From positions 8,370,001 through 8,434,000 of the forward strand of contig CM102284.1 in assembly GCA_046563655.1 (NCBI GenBank): a DNA stretch of 64,000 nt, given 5' to 3'. Position numbers and translations under genes: made by a program. Every line of letters begins with the position of its first letter. Position 1 is the stretch's first letter. This document shows positions 26,101 through 39,600 of this stretch, one piece after another. The notes under the pieces are model-generated. The model was not told the DNA's origin, searched no databases, and saw nothing but the letters and a program-made list of their open reading frames with translations. This stretch comes from Yuukianura sp. NJ FZ-2021 (lineage: Eukaryota).

Positions 26101-29100
26101 TGAGGCCCATTGTGCTCAAAGTTCTTAAGAATGCAGGGAGGGAAGGGTTAAAAATCAATAACTGAAAAATGGTTATTAGAAAAGTTATTCCCAGAAAGTT
26201 TGAAAAAGGCTAAATTGATTGGCACTTTGGACATATCCCAACCTAAATAAAATCCAACTTCCCCATCACTCACCCTCATCACATCTTTCTCCAAAAATCT
26301 CCCGGTGAGCCTATTAATAGTTTCCCCAGAGGCACCATGGACCAGAAACAATAAGAAAATTCAAATTTACGCTCACAAAAAATGTTCCTTTTTTGAAATT
26401 CATCATCTTGGACCAAAATGTGAGGAAAAGTGGATTGACTGACAGTAATGCGTGTTGCGTGTGCTACTACGTAACGCCCAGTTTCCTACCACACATGGCC
26501 ACAACTACTTCGTCATTTTCACAAAATCTGTCACTCAACATCCAAAATCTCAGAAAAACTATACTTTTTGGACAATTTTTTGGTAAAAAGAGTTCAAATC
26601 TTAAAAATTTTCTCGAGAAAGGTCATAACAGGCCAAATTTTTACGTTTCTGGCTTAGCATTTTTTTTTAGAAACCTCTCTAAATTTTTTTGTGAGATACT
26701 CAAAATGTAAAAATTGAGCTACCGAGGACTAAAAAGTAGACATCTGAAGATGATGTAATTTTTATCTGTCATCGAGAGATCACCTGGAGGCAGAAGAAGA
26801 GTTCAATCGCTTGACTCCTCACTCCTTTGTCTACTTTTTCCAACATCACTTTCCTAAAATATGCACAAGTCAAAGGGATTCCAAGGGGTAAGGCACGACG
26901 GAACAAAAAAAGTATTTCTGATCTTAACAAAATAAAAAATGAGTTTTCTATTCATAATTGTGGAGGAGACAAAAGATGTTAAAAAAGGGGTCGGAGCCCT
27001 TGGAAACTAAGCGGAACCTGCTCCAAGGACTACCATACTTAATCTCCCGCTTTTCAAAAAGTTAAGGGCCCCCTCCCCTTCCACTACCCTGTAATTAATC
27101 AGTGTCCAACACATTCCAAATCTTCACTTTTCAACATTTTGTGACCTCACGTCACAAGTATTTCTAAGCTAACCAAAAATTTTAAGACAAAAATAAAACT
27201 AACTTTAACGCCGTTGGAAAATTTAGTGTCTCCGACTAAAGCGAATTCATGAAAAACTATTAGTTTCATGTGCGACAGTGTCGTAACATTACATTTGTTA
27301 AAATCTGCCTGAATTTTCATTTCACTTTTTTTTTTCGAAAAGTGTATTTGATAAAAAAAAGTTCAAAATTTTGAGAACACAAGGAAAGTAGCCTGGGGCT
27401 AAAAATAGACTTTTATAATTGATCTCTATTCATCTGCTCTTGTGCTCTCCTCCTCCAGTGATTTTGTGAATAATTTTCTATTGAATCATATCTCAAACAT
27501 GCACCATCAAATCCACTCTTTCCTATAAAAGGACACAAACATATACTATAAAAAGGACTTTTAAAAAACTTTTTTTAAACTTCAACTTCCAAATCCAAAT
27601 CTGAAAAGTTCTTTTGAAAAGAATATTGTTCTCTCTCGGATCTCAATCCATAACGACTGCTGCTCGATGCTTGACAAGAGTTGTACAAAATCCACCATTA
27701 CGATGCTCCTTCCTTTACTATTCAAATCCTTTCTTTTCAAAAACTCAATTTCTAAAATATTCAAAGAACCGCCTATTCAAAATATTCAAAAAATCATAAA
27801 CCCATTCCTCCTTTTTCAACGGAACTTTCGCCGACAGTTTCATAACGCTCCGCTAAATAAAGTTTTCCATCCAATTCAAATTCAAAATCCACAGTTCAAA
27901 AGAAATCAGAGAAATAATGCTTACTCAAAGAGAAGAAAAAAAAAACATAAATTTTCATTCCAAAATTTACATTTTTGTGCTCAGAGGCAATGTATCTCCT
28001 AGTCTTCTGCGTTTTGAAAAATGTTTTTCGACACTTTTTGAAATAATTTTTTTGAAAACGGATTTTGAAAGGTGGTAGTTAACTTTGTGTAAAATTAATT
28101 GAGAGGTCAATGGTTAGGGTTAATGCAAGGGTTGGTTCAACTGACAGTCCAACTTTGAAATCACTCAATCTGTGTTTAAACTCATCACGAAATCCCCTCA
28201 TTAATTTCTCTAATTCAACTTTTCAAAAAACTTTTTTTCAAAATCGACAATTTTTCTCCTTCATTTTCATTTTCCAAGTCACTTTTTTCTTGCCCCGACC
28301 CCTTGACACACCAAAGTACTCTTAATTCCACAGAAAGTACCCTGCAGAGGAACCTCATTTGAACAGAAATTTAAAAAAACACAAAGCCAAAGACAAATTG
28401 GAAACAATTTTAGAAAAAAGATGCGTCACCAGTCAAATCCTGTCCTAAAAATTTGAAAAATGCCAAGGATCCGTCAAAGTCCTTCGTCTTAACTCAAGTT
28501 AAAAAGTTGCAAGGAATTTGCAAGGCTTCGCCCCTTTGCCCCGTGTCAACCCCCATTGTTTACCATTTGGCAAAGTCAGTTACTCTTTTGCAAATCGAAA
28601 ATCAAAGTTATCATTGCAAAAACGAAACTCTACTCTTTGTGTCATAAATTCTGCAACTGAGAGGCACAAAAGAAACATCTTCAGTCAAAAGGAATCTTTG
28701 ACTTGACCTACTTTTTAAAACTTAACAAATGAAATCACCATTAATTGCAACTTAACATGCAATCAAATTCAAAACAATTTGCAACATCATCTTCCAAACT
28801 AATCCAAAAGGTCCTTCATCTTTTTAGCACCCGGAAATGCAATTTGGCAAAAACAAGTGTCAAATTTTTATATTTTTTCAATTTTTGAATCTGAATGCAA
28901 GGCTGCTTGACTTAAGATTTCAAGAATTTTGAACTTGGGGGGTGAATAAAAGCCTGAGAGGATGAAATTTTCAAAAGTTTTTTTAACTTTGAAAAGCTGT
29001 TTTTTTGTCAAGTTTAAGCAGAAATTAGTGGAAAACCTTGGAGAAACGTAGTGTTTAGAGTGTAATTATTTTGAAAAGATGTTTTTTATGGATTAAGAGT

Positions 29101-30699
29101 TGCGTTAGTAGTGAGGGCGTGAATAGGTGGCTAATTGAGCTTAGTGTGAAGATGGTGTGAGGGGAGTAATTATTCTAATTAAACCAATTACTTTCATACA
29201 CAACGGAGGCTGAGGAGGCAGGATTTGGAAAATCAGTTCAACTCCTCTCGCATTGCTTTTAGAAAGTGAAAAATTCAAAAGAACACAAAAAGTAGACTAA
29301 TATTCAAACTGACTAAATTTTGTAGAGGAGATGCGAGACATGCCGTGGCATAAAATTATGAATTTCGTCGCTTCAAGTGTCTAGAATTGAATTAAAAGAT
29401 TTTTGCTTACCTTGACGCAGATTTTCAGCAATTCCGTAGAGACCAATGAGTTCCTTCATCGTGGATTCTGCAAAGTCGGTGAGGATTGAGGCGGAGGGGT
29501 GTTGGTGGGGCAAGGTGGGGCTGGTTTTGGTGGGTCCACGGTGGTGCCCATTGACAGACAAGTTGACACTGGACCCCTCCTCGAACTCGTCGTCACTGTC
29601 ATCTTCTGGATCTTGGTCGTCACTAGGGTGACCAGTGAGGATTGAGGGGTCAGTGAACCCTGCAAGGGCCGAGAGACGTAGATCCATTGGCACAAACGGC
29701 AGGAATGGGTGGGAGGGTGTGTGGGGTGCGAGGGGTGAGGGGGCAGGGGGACTTAAGTCCCCTCCTTGCGATGAATGGAGAAAGGAGGCTACAGGAAATG
29801 ACAAAGACGACGCATTCCTGAAATCCGGTTTTCTCCAAAGGTGTTTTGAATCTGCAAAAAAAAATTTTTTTTACCATGAAAAAAAAAACCGAAAAAGGAA
29901 CATTGTAAAAAAATCTTTAAAAAAGAAAACTTTTTTCTTTCTTTTTCTTTTGAAAACTTGTCCTTACTGTTTTGTACTTCGCTGAGATCCAGCGGCCTGT
30001 CGCAACTTTCTTCGTCATCTTCACTCTCTTCGTTCATCTGCAGACTGTGTATTGATCCTGAGTCTGGTGGTGACTGGAGGTCACTCTGATGATGAAATGA
30101 CCTTTGACCTTGATGGTGAAATGACCTTTGACCTTGCTCTTCCTCTTCATCTGACCCTGCATACTCCACGATATTCCTCGGCATGAAGTTCTTTCTCTTG
30201 TTTCTCCTCCCGCCTTTCTCTTCCGGTGGCTCATTCTGACAATGTGCTGGTCGAATTCTCAAATTACACACCTCAGACCCCAGTTCACTGCAATCAAAAT
30301 TTCAAAAACGTTGACCTTTGACCTCCAACTTCTAAAGTTACAATTTAGTTTAAATTTTAACCTGTGACAACTCCTCGTGTCATCTTCAGACAAATTTGGT
30401 CCGCTTTCTGGATCCCCCATTGAGCACGCTGCACAAAAAACAAATAAAAAAGTGGAATATTAAATAGAATTTCAACCTCAGTTTTCTAATTTCAGAGGGC
30501 TCCCAAGCATTCTTTTCAGTGTCAAAGTTAAAAATAATTTCGAGATATAAAAAATTTTGAAATTTTACTTTTTAAAAAGTTTTCTTAAATTTTTATTTGA
30601 AAAAGTTATACCTGACGTGGTAGAGGATGATCTTTGAGCTCTGCTGGTCTGACGTTGTGTTCCACCGTTGACAAAGTACATGTCAGCCACCGTTGACAT
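8152..30699 (-). CDS. CASZ1: Zinc finger protein castor homolog 1, about 1506 aa; 20 coding exons: 30699-30612, 30428-30362, 30287-29968, 29851-29411, 18390-18302, 15701-15422, 13084-12805, 12719-12638, 12530-12314, 11665-11481, 11395-11112, 11000-10817, 10706-10500, 10419-9924, 9849-9775, 9691-9537, 9471-8782, 8703-8604, 8517-8351, 8265-8152
   Basis: Repeated castor-type fingers: [129 protein letters not shown]. Every junction is GT-AG, and the summed exon length (4521 nt) stays in frame to TGA at 8152. The six N-terminal exons rest mainly on splice and phase logic and are less certain. Confidence 0.93.
11828..12220 (-). pseudogene. Decayed coding fragment resembling the C-terminal RNA-binding domain of canonical poly(A) polymerase, inside a CASZ1 intron
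   Basis: One frame reads [67 protein letters not shown].... It is flanked by frameshifted FFQKNH (upstream) and [13 protein letters not shown] (downstream). The order matches recalled PAP motifs NFFQKYKHY / LVESKIRILVGSL / FITLAHVNPQSFP / MWVIGLVF. Confidence 0.4.
25717..25780. repeat. Short tandem duplication, 2 x ~31 bp
   Basis: ACAATTTTTGTCT(TT)ACAATTCCAATTTTCAAA occurs twice head to tail. Confidence 0.85.
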
Positions 30700-33600
30700 G
30701 CTTGCAGTTCCAATTCACAATTTAGTCCCAAAAATCACATTTCGCACGAGCCAATTCTTGCAAAAATTCAGTTTAGCACAAATTGGGTGGCTCCTTGGCA
30801 CTTGGGGGCTGAGCACATGACCTGCAAAAAATAAGACAATGAATTGAATTGCGTCATCTCACAATTTCCTAATTTCGTAACACAATCATGCAAATTTAAC
30901 TTTAAAAAACCCACCCTCCACTTTTTCGAAACAAAAGTTAAAAAATAATTCAAATTCAAAATGAGAGAAATTGTAAGTTTGACTTTGCGTCCCTTCCTTT
31001 TTGGATAATTTAAACATTTTGATTCTTTTAAAAATAAAAGCGCCTGTGAAAGTGGGAATGATTTTGAAAAAAGCGGGTAGCCTTTGCCATTAAAGTTGTA
31101 ATAAATCAGAGTGTAAATTCAAAGGGAGAAGTAAAAGTCTTTTGGTTGGTTTTGCATAACATATGGAGATGAGTGGAGGGAGAAAGGGGATGGAGATCAT
31201 TATTTATATTCATAATGCTACAGGAAGGGATGCGACAACCATTTTCTGTATTCATAAAAACGAAAACGAAATTTTCAAAATTTTGAGTTTCAAATTCAAA
31301 TGAGAAAATGCTAAATGCTAAAAAGATGGTCATTGTCACATTTCTCGGAGAGAGGGGATGACTTTTCCGATGGCGTCTGTTCACAGACTTTCTATAAATC
31401 ATCGTCATAATCATCCCCAGTACTCGAATTTAAAAAAAAACGTAATGTTTAAAAAAAGTAATTTTAAAAAAAGTGCATTCAAAATAGCTTTTTCTAAATC
31501 ATTAATCAATAAACAAATCCCAAAAGCTGAGTCTAATAACTAGCAAAAAAAAAGTCTCAACTTTTCTTGGAAAAGTTCGTGAAACACTACCAATGTAACT
31601 GTGAAACTCTTAAACATTTACAAAACAGAAAATTCAGGTTTTCGTGTAGAGCAGAGGAAGAACATGATTTCAAAATTCTGAAATTTGACTCTTTCTGAAA
31701 TTGATTAAAATTCTGAAATTTTAAGTTCGTTGACTCACTCGTTGTTTAGCAAGCACAAAAAAAAACTACTTTGAGGTGTGGGAAAGTGTGGATGAGGCAG
31801 ATGGTTTTAATCGGTTAGGAAAAATTGAACTGCTAAGTTTTTTTTTGGATTTGTTTCCCAACAAACACGTAAGTTATTTTGGCACTTGAAATTCAACTCT
31901 GAAATAATTAAACTGTGCATTAAAATTTTGGACAATGCCCTCGTAAACTAACTTCAAAAAACACTATTTCCAACTAATCCATCCTAACACTTAACTGCCA
32001 TTCCACTTCTGCGTATCCACTTTCTTCACTTTATAGTCATTCTTCTTTTTCACATTTACACTTCTTAGATTTCAACTTAACAATTCCCAGTTCTTGTCTA
32101 GTAATCTGGTACCGGCTGAATTTCAAAATCAAACATTTCTTTCTTATCATTTCCAAATTTTCGTGCTTTCAAAATTTTCAACATTAGCTCATCAAAATAG
32201 TATTTAAAAAGGAAATTTTTTTTAGAGTTCAAGGAAGGCAGAAACGCTCAAAGGTGAAACTAGGTCAATGCCCAAAATTAGCAACTTCTTTTTGCAAATT
32301 AAAAATCGCTTCCTTATTACTCGCTGAAATCACGAACCTCATAATCCGTTTCTGCTAATCGCAAAAATAAATTTTTTATGCATTTGCTTCCGCCAATCAC
32401 AAAAAGTAATGTAAAATCAAGACCAATTTTTCAAAAAATACTAAAACTTCCGAAAAACTTTCTCCAAAAACAATGAATTTAAAAGATTTCGCTGCATTTG
32501 AAGGACTATTTTTCATCTTTCCCACCGCCAGCATTATTTTTGTGTAAACAGTGAAGTGAAAATGTAATGTAAAAAGTACAATTTTGGGTGTAGAGGAGGA
32601 ATTGATTGAAGACACATACTGTGTGCCTAATGCAAAAAGCGATTCTGTGTGTCTGTCATTGATGAATTATCCTTTTGTCTACTGTTTTTCTCTCCTTAGT
32701 GAGAATGAGTACAGAAACTACTGAAACTTAGTCAAAAATAAAGTGAGCAAGATAAGAGAATGGGCTTGGCATAGTGTCAATTCTTTGCCTAAAAAACTCA
32801 AGTTGGCCAATTGATGGTTACATAGATTTATCAACTCGTGCGTTTTTTGGGCAGAGGAAGTTGGAAAAATAAAGAAAATAACCAGAAAAAATAAGTTTTT
32901 AGACAAAACATTCCTAGCTCGGCGAAGAGCAAATATCAAAGGCCACTTGCAAAATTTCACAAACTTGTCAAAGTCAAAAGTTGAGATGACTACACTCTTG
33001 ACAGTTGACGCCTAAAAGTGGTCAAAATTTTGAAATTGTGTTTTTTTGAAGTTGGAGTTAAGGACGGAAGCAGGAGATAAAGAACTCCTTTGTGCGATGG
33101 TTTTTATTAGGACAGTTTCCTTGTTAAAACGCAACTCTTCACTTATTTTTCTAAATTTTAATTCAAGGGAAACACAAACCCAGGCAATTGACCAGAATGA
33201 ACAAAATTTTAACTTCAATTTACTCCCATTTTTCAAATTCTACACAAATCGAAACAGACGCAGTTTCAAGAAAGTGAACTTTTCAGTAACTGCGATTCAC
33301 TCAAATCGCCAAATCTCTGAGTTACGAACTATTTTGAAAGAAAGCAACCCTGGAAAAAGTGAAGTTATTTTGCTTATTTTTGTCGGCTTCCAAATCATAG
33401 GCAGGTTTTGAACATTAACAAAAATATTTTGGCACAAATTTTCACTTTTGAGAAAATAATTTTAACGAGACTTTTTTTTTCTTTTTCTTCCTACAAAGTC
33501 GGAAGGAATTGTAAGACTCTGAGCCAAAAATTAGCCTTTGAAAAAATCCAATTCTGAAAAAGTTTTCTTTTAAAAAAACCGGGTTCTTTTCGTTTTTTGT

Positions 33601-36600
33601 TGCTCACACACGTCGACTCATTAAGCGGAGACAAAGACTTCGTAAGCTCTCCTTTCGTTTTTTGAGGCAAAGTCAAAGGAGAGTCGGATCTTTTGAGAGT
33701 TGTCTTTTGGAAAAGTTAAATTATGGGATGTTGTAGAATTCTAAATTGACTCTTAGAATGTTCCAAACTAACAACTTACACCAGCAGTCTCTGCATGAAC
33801 CGAATCCAACATCTCTTAGCACTCTCCAGACACCACTCCCACCAATACCCGCCAAAATACCCGGGTAGAATACTCCCGCAACCACAAAAAATCACACATT
33901 ACATGCATTTGCACCTCACGACAACTCTTCATTCTCTTCATTCATTCACACTTCCAAATTACTCAAAATAACATTTAACATTTCCAAACGTTAAAAAACT
34001 TTTCAAAAACTTAAATTCAGTGTTACTTTCAAACAACCGAATTTCAAATCATGCAAATCGGTTAGCTTCATTTTTAAAAAACGATAATCGGTTAAGAAGA
34101 ACTGGAATTCAAGTAACTTTTGAATTTGTTTCTCCATACCTAAGGTTGATTTTCTTCTGAACGGTGTTAAATTTGTGACAATTCAAAATTCAAATTCAAA
34201 ATGATTTTAAAAAATACAAAGAATTTTGGTAATTGGACACAAAGTTTGAGCAGGAGATTGAAACAATGATTATGAAAAAGGGGGACCCTTTGACCAGAAA
34301 ACAGAAAAATAAGGGCCCTGTTTGGGGGCCCTTTGGACAAATTTCCCCTTTAAAAATTCTGAATTAATATTTTCCCTAAACTTAAACAATTCGACAAGCG
34401 TCAAGTCAAGCCTCATTTCTATTCTAAAAAAGTGTGCATTCTAAAAAAAAATTTTTTTTTAAAGTTCAATTTCCTACTGCAGTTGCTATTCAGGTAAAAA
34501 CAAGGGTTTGTCTATTAGTTGTTGCACAAAAGTAGGAAATAAAATAATAGGGAAATGGACCATCTGCCTCATTTTTAAACAACATTTTTTAAAACATACC
34601 CCCTACACTCTCTTTTTTTAAAAACTGCTGCTTGTTCCGGGTAACAAAAGTGAGAGAGAAGATTAAAGGAAATGCATAAAAATTAACTATATTTTTGAGT
34701 ATAAATTCTGATGTTAGGGAAATGAAGTAGGGGAGAGGAGAGCCCTCAAGGGCTCCACAATTCTAAGGTAAAAGAGACACGTTCGAACCCTTAATCTCCT
34801 TCATCCTACTTATTTTTTCAAAAAAAAAAGTAATTTTGAACAGAAAAACTTGTTTTAAGTTGGAAAAGTCTTGTGGAAATGGAAAAGATGTGATAAGGGA
34901 AGTATTCTTGGGAAGATGTTACATTTTGAGTATTAAGGAATTAAGGCCTCTCTAATGGAAACTTCTTTTTCTGGAAGTTTTCAAAAAAAAGAGTTACAGG
35001 TAAAACTTACAGTTTTGAAATGAAGAATAACAAAGTAGAACAGGTTTTTCGTTTTTTGAAATTTTTAGAAACCTTGGATCGTCTGGAAGAGCCCTTAAAC
35101 AACCCCTAAAACGTACCAATTTGTATTCATTTTCTGGTCATTCCAATTATTACATCTTTAGAAAAAAAAATTAGAGGAAGAAAAAATACATTTTCAAAAT
35201 TTTCCTCCTTTTCAATCAAAATTTTGCTGGTTAATTAGTAATTTTCCAATTTTGTAAAAACTTCAGTTTCTCTTTATACCAATTTAGTAATTTTCGGCTT
35301 AATTGACGAAACCAGAAAAATGATGTTCCAAAACCTCAAAAATCGAGAGAGCAAAAAAAAAGGTTTTTTCTCCGCAAAATGTAAAACTTTGTCAGTAAAT
35401 GACACATTTCCGATGTATACGTAATTTAGTGTACAGTTCCAACAGTTGTAAAATTTCAAAATTTGCAAGTTTTTGGCCAAATCGAAAATTCAGGTTAACA
35501 AGTGTGAGAAAAGATTCCGTTAAGTCCTGATCAACTTGAGACATCAACCAGCAGAACAAGAAGACCAAAGGAAGCTGCACACGACCAGACTTTCAATTAT
35601 TCCCCACTTCAAAAACTCGCACCCTCAATTTTTTAACATTCAAACCATTCAAATCCAAGCTCAACTTTTTATGATTCCACTTCCATTTTCTCCTTTTGCC
35701 ACTTAAAATCTCCCCAAAAGTTTCAACCACTTCTTCTGTTTTAATTCACTTTCCAAACTGAAAAGACGAACGTTAAAGATCAATGAGAAGCAGAGATCAT
35801 TGAATTATAAAGTTGAAAAGTATAACAATTCCGCCAACGCCCGAATCACTAAAAACTGGTTTCCAATTTCCACAATTTATTTGTTTCTCATGAACTCTCT
35901 CCTTCCACTCCTCAACAGCTTTAAATCCTACCAATTCCAACCCAAAATTGACATTTTGTTACCTCTCCACATAATTTATGTGTGGTCAAAAACTACTCAT
36001 TAAACTAAACAACTCCAACTGCATGAAATGATACAATTTGGCCACTTCCAAACAACTTTTTAAAACTTCTGATTCATTTCGAATGTCACTCCTTAAAGCA
36101 ATTCCACTGGACATTAATTAAACAAAACAAAAATTGAAACAAAGTCCGAAAAAAAAAGTCAACTAAAAAGACAAACAACTTCGTAGCAAAAATCAAACAA
36201 AATTGTCCAATTCACAACTTTTGATTTGAACATTAGTGTAATTTTTTTGAAACTAGAAATTTAAAATTTAGAATTATCAAAAATTTGAAGGAATTTTTTG
36301 GCTACCTGTTCAATTTGGGGAGTGGGCAGTTGATTAAGAGTCCACTTATTTCAATTCCTAATTTATGGGAAACAGGCGTGGATGGACCTAATGAAACCGA
36401 GAGCACTTAAAAGTTCAAAAACTTGATCAAAAGCAGTTAAAAACGAGAATTTGTATCTTTTTGAAATTACTTTTATACCAATATAAATCTCAGTTTTTAA
36501 CTGAAAACTGCTCTCTTCCTGTCTAATGAATTTGTGAACCCAATAATCCAGTTCTTCCAGCTTCACTCTGATCAACTAGATCTCACAAAACAGCATTACA

Positions 36601-39600
36601 ATTCATTCTCAACTTAAAAACTCAAATGACCCCAACTCACGGAATGTTTTACGAAAAAAAGTGCAAAAACTAATTTACGACTTTGTACTGCAGGGCCCAA
36701 CCACTTTTTAACTTTTCAAAAGTTACAGGAGATTCAAATCAAAAATTCAACTTTAAATTAAAATTCAACAAGAAACAAGACCAACTCTTCTTTTTTGCAA
36801 AAAAGACAAGTTAGGGCTTGGCTTTTGGCAATCCACCTCAAATGTGTAGCAGAAATTCTACTCCAAAAACTTCACAAAAATCTCGTTTTTCCCCCTTGCA
36901 TCTTCGGCTGTTACAAAAATTGAGATCAATTCACAAATCAGTTCAAAAAATCAAAAAAGTTGCTAATTTGTTGTGTATGTGGAGAGCTGCCCACTTCCAT
37001 ATAAATGTGAACTTAATGAATTTCCTTGTTTGCTTATTCTCTCATAAAATGGAGCCAACTTTTGAATTTTGAATGTTGGAAATAAGAAACCGCCTTTAGT
37101 GGGCCATATACGGTCCATCGACCTAACCCCAATTTTAAGAAAAGACAATTAGTCTAAAACTGTAATTAATTCTAAAGAAATATTAATCACAAACAATCAA
37201 AACTAATCCAAACTCAAACTAAACTTTAACAACCTTTATAACGCTCAAGGTACGCAAATATTTAAAGGACGCCGCAAAGAAATACAATCAGAAAAAAAAA
37301 TTGTCGAAATTTTCAAAAATTTGCAACTTCTTTCCTTCATATTTTGAATTATCATCGTTCTTGAAAAATGTTTCTGGTAAAGCTACATTCCATTTTTTGC
37401 TAAACTTGAAATTTGACAGATTTGTTTATTCTTCCAGCTTTAAAACCTTCATTTTTCAATTTAATTCTACAAAAATTGTACTTGAAATTTTTTGTTTGTA
37501 TTTTTTGTGTGTGAATATGAAAAGGAATAGTCGTAAATTGAGTTCCTAAGTTGATGAAAACTGTTGCTTTTTGCCTACTAATTAATTGGCCACTTCACCA
37601 GTTAAGACTCCGTCATTAACGAAACTGGCTAAAAAACGTAAGCCTACAACCAAAACCAACAACGCAGAAAAAGACAAGATTTGTGAAAAAAGCAGGAACA
37701 GAAGAAACGAAAAAGTCAAATAGTTACAAGTTGACAGGATTATTAGAGTGTTGAAAGACTCAAGGACTCTGTATAAAATTTAACCTTAACAATTCAAATC
37801 TTCACAATTAATCTTCACGAAATATTGCTTTCACTGACAATTGGAATTTGCAACAAACCGAATGCACCTTTTGTGTTTCCTTTGCCGCTTTTCCAAATTT
37901 TTGGAAATTTTGATTTGGCTTGAAACACCCCAAATATCATATGTTGAAAATAATAATTTGAAAATAATTTCATGTCAAAGTTCAAAGCAAACTCACCCTC
38001 AAAATCAGTCGAAAATCGAGCAGCCGGAAACTTTCACTTTACAGTTCACGTATTGTTTCAAATTTTGAGTACTAAAATACACTTTTCCACTTTCTATTTT
38101 TTTTTGTCTTGAGCACAATTTAGTACAATTTCAACTTTTGAACTTTCAAAAATGTCAAATTTAAAAAATTGAGCAGAGGCACTTTCAAGTTTGAAGACAC
38201 AAAAAGGCTGGACGAATTCACCAAAACACGCAGTTCCTAAAAACGCAAAAAGTGAACTTTTGCTTAAACTTTCTAAAAACAATTTAGGATTTTTGTCACT
38301 TTACTATAACTTTTCTTCTAAAATTGGCCTTTTTCAATAAAAATAGAAGTTTTTAACTAAAATTGGACTTTTTAGTAACTAAAATGACGACCTAAGTTGC
38401 TTATGGACTAACTCCTACTCTAGCCTAGTGTGTCCCACTGCCGACTGATTCAGATGATCCCTCAATTGAACCAATGAAAGTCAAGGAGGCACAAGATCAG
38501 AACAAGCCACTCTCTGCATCTCCATTCATCTCACTTCCTCTATCACTCACCTCCTCAACCAACACATTCCAAAACCAAAATTACAATTTTCAATTTTAAA
38601 ACCTTTCCAAAATTTCACGAAACTTTACAAAAATAGCAAATTCAGTTCTTGACTAGATACAATTTCTCCGAGCGAGTACAATTTTACAAAGTTTTTGTTT
38701 TCAATTCCGTCATTAAAAAAAACTTTTGAGTTGAACTTTGACTTAAATCTCAATATTTGAGGAATAACTTTTGTCATTTAGTGTAAAGTGGGATTTGAAC
38801 TAATTAATTTACTTTTTAACATTGTTAAAATTTAGTTAATTAACGTTGTTAATTAACCTCACCTGGACTGCCCCGCCAGTGTCCAGGGAAAGAAGTTAAT
38901 GTAGTAAACTTCTCCCTCTGCGTGCGTCTCAACTTGGAACCAAAAGAAAACTAAACAGTTTTCTGGAAAGAGAGAATCTTTGGAGGTTTGTCTCTTTTTT
39001 ACTTTGAAAATCCAAGGGAGCTCTGTGCTTCGTACAACTTTTGTACTTGGGGAAAATAGGGAGAGAAAAGGCAGAAAGAGTGAAGTCCTACTCAGGGAAA
39101 AGGGTGAGTGAAACTGTGTGGCTTTTCCAACATTTCTATTAAAAAACGAACCTCCAAAAAACTAAAAAAGTGTCCATTATTTCAGTTTCTGTGATGAAAG
39201 TTTTCCCTCGTTCGGCTAAGCCCTGGGAGGTGAAATTTTCATATCTAAAAACCTCCCCTAGGTTTTAAAACTTGAGCTGGGTTAAGTTAGGGGATTTTTG
39301 GGTAGTAGCTCTCTACACTTTTAAGTTATGTTTTATGAGAGTGTACATACACTATGTACATTCTAGTACATACATTCTACATCTTTTGGGGACGAATTTA
39401 ACCCTTTACATTGGAAATTTAGAAACTCCCTCTCTTTTTTTGGCCTCTCCTGTACTAAAAAACGAACAGTTTGGTCACCAAACGGTGCTTTTTCGTTAAA
39501 AAGCAATTGGATAACAATAGAAAATTTAGTTAGTACGCGGGAATGGATTTGCTAATTTTGAATATATTTTTTACTGCTTTGCCATAACTGAGAATTCCTG

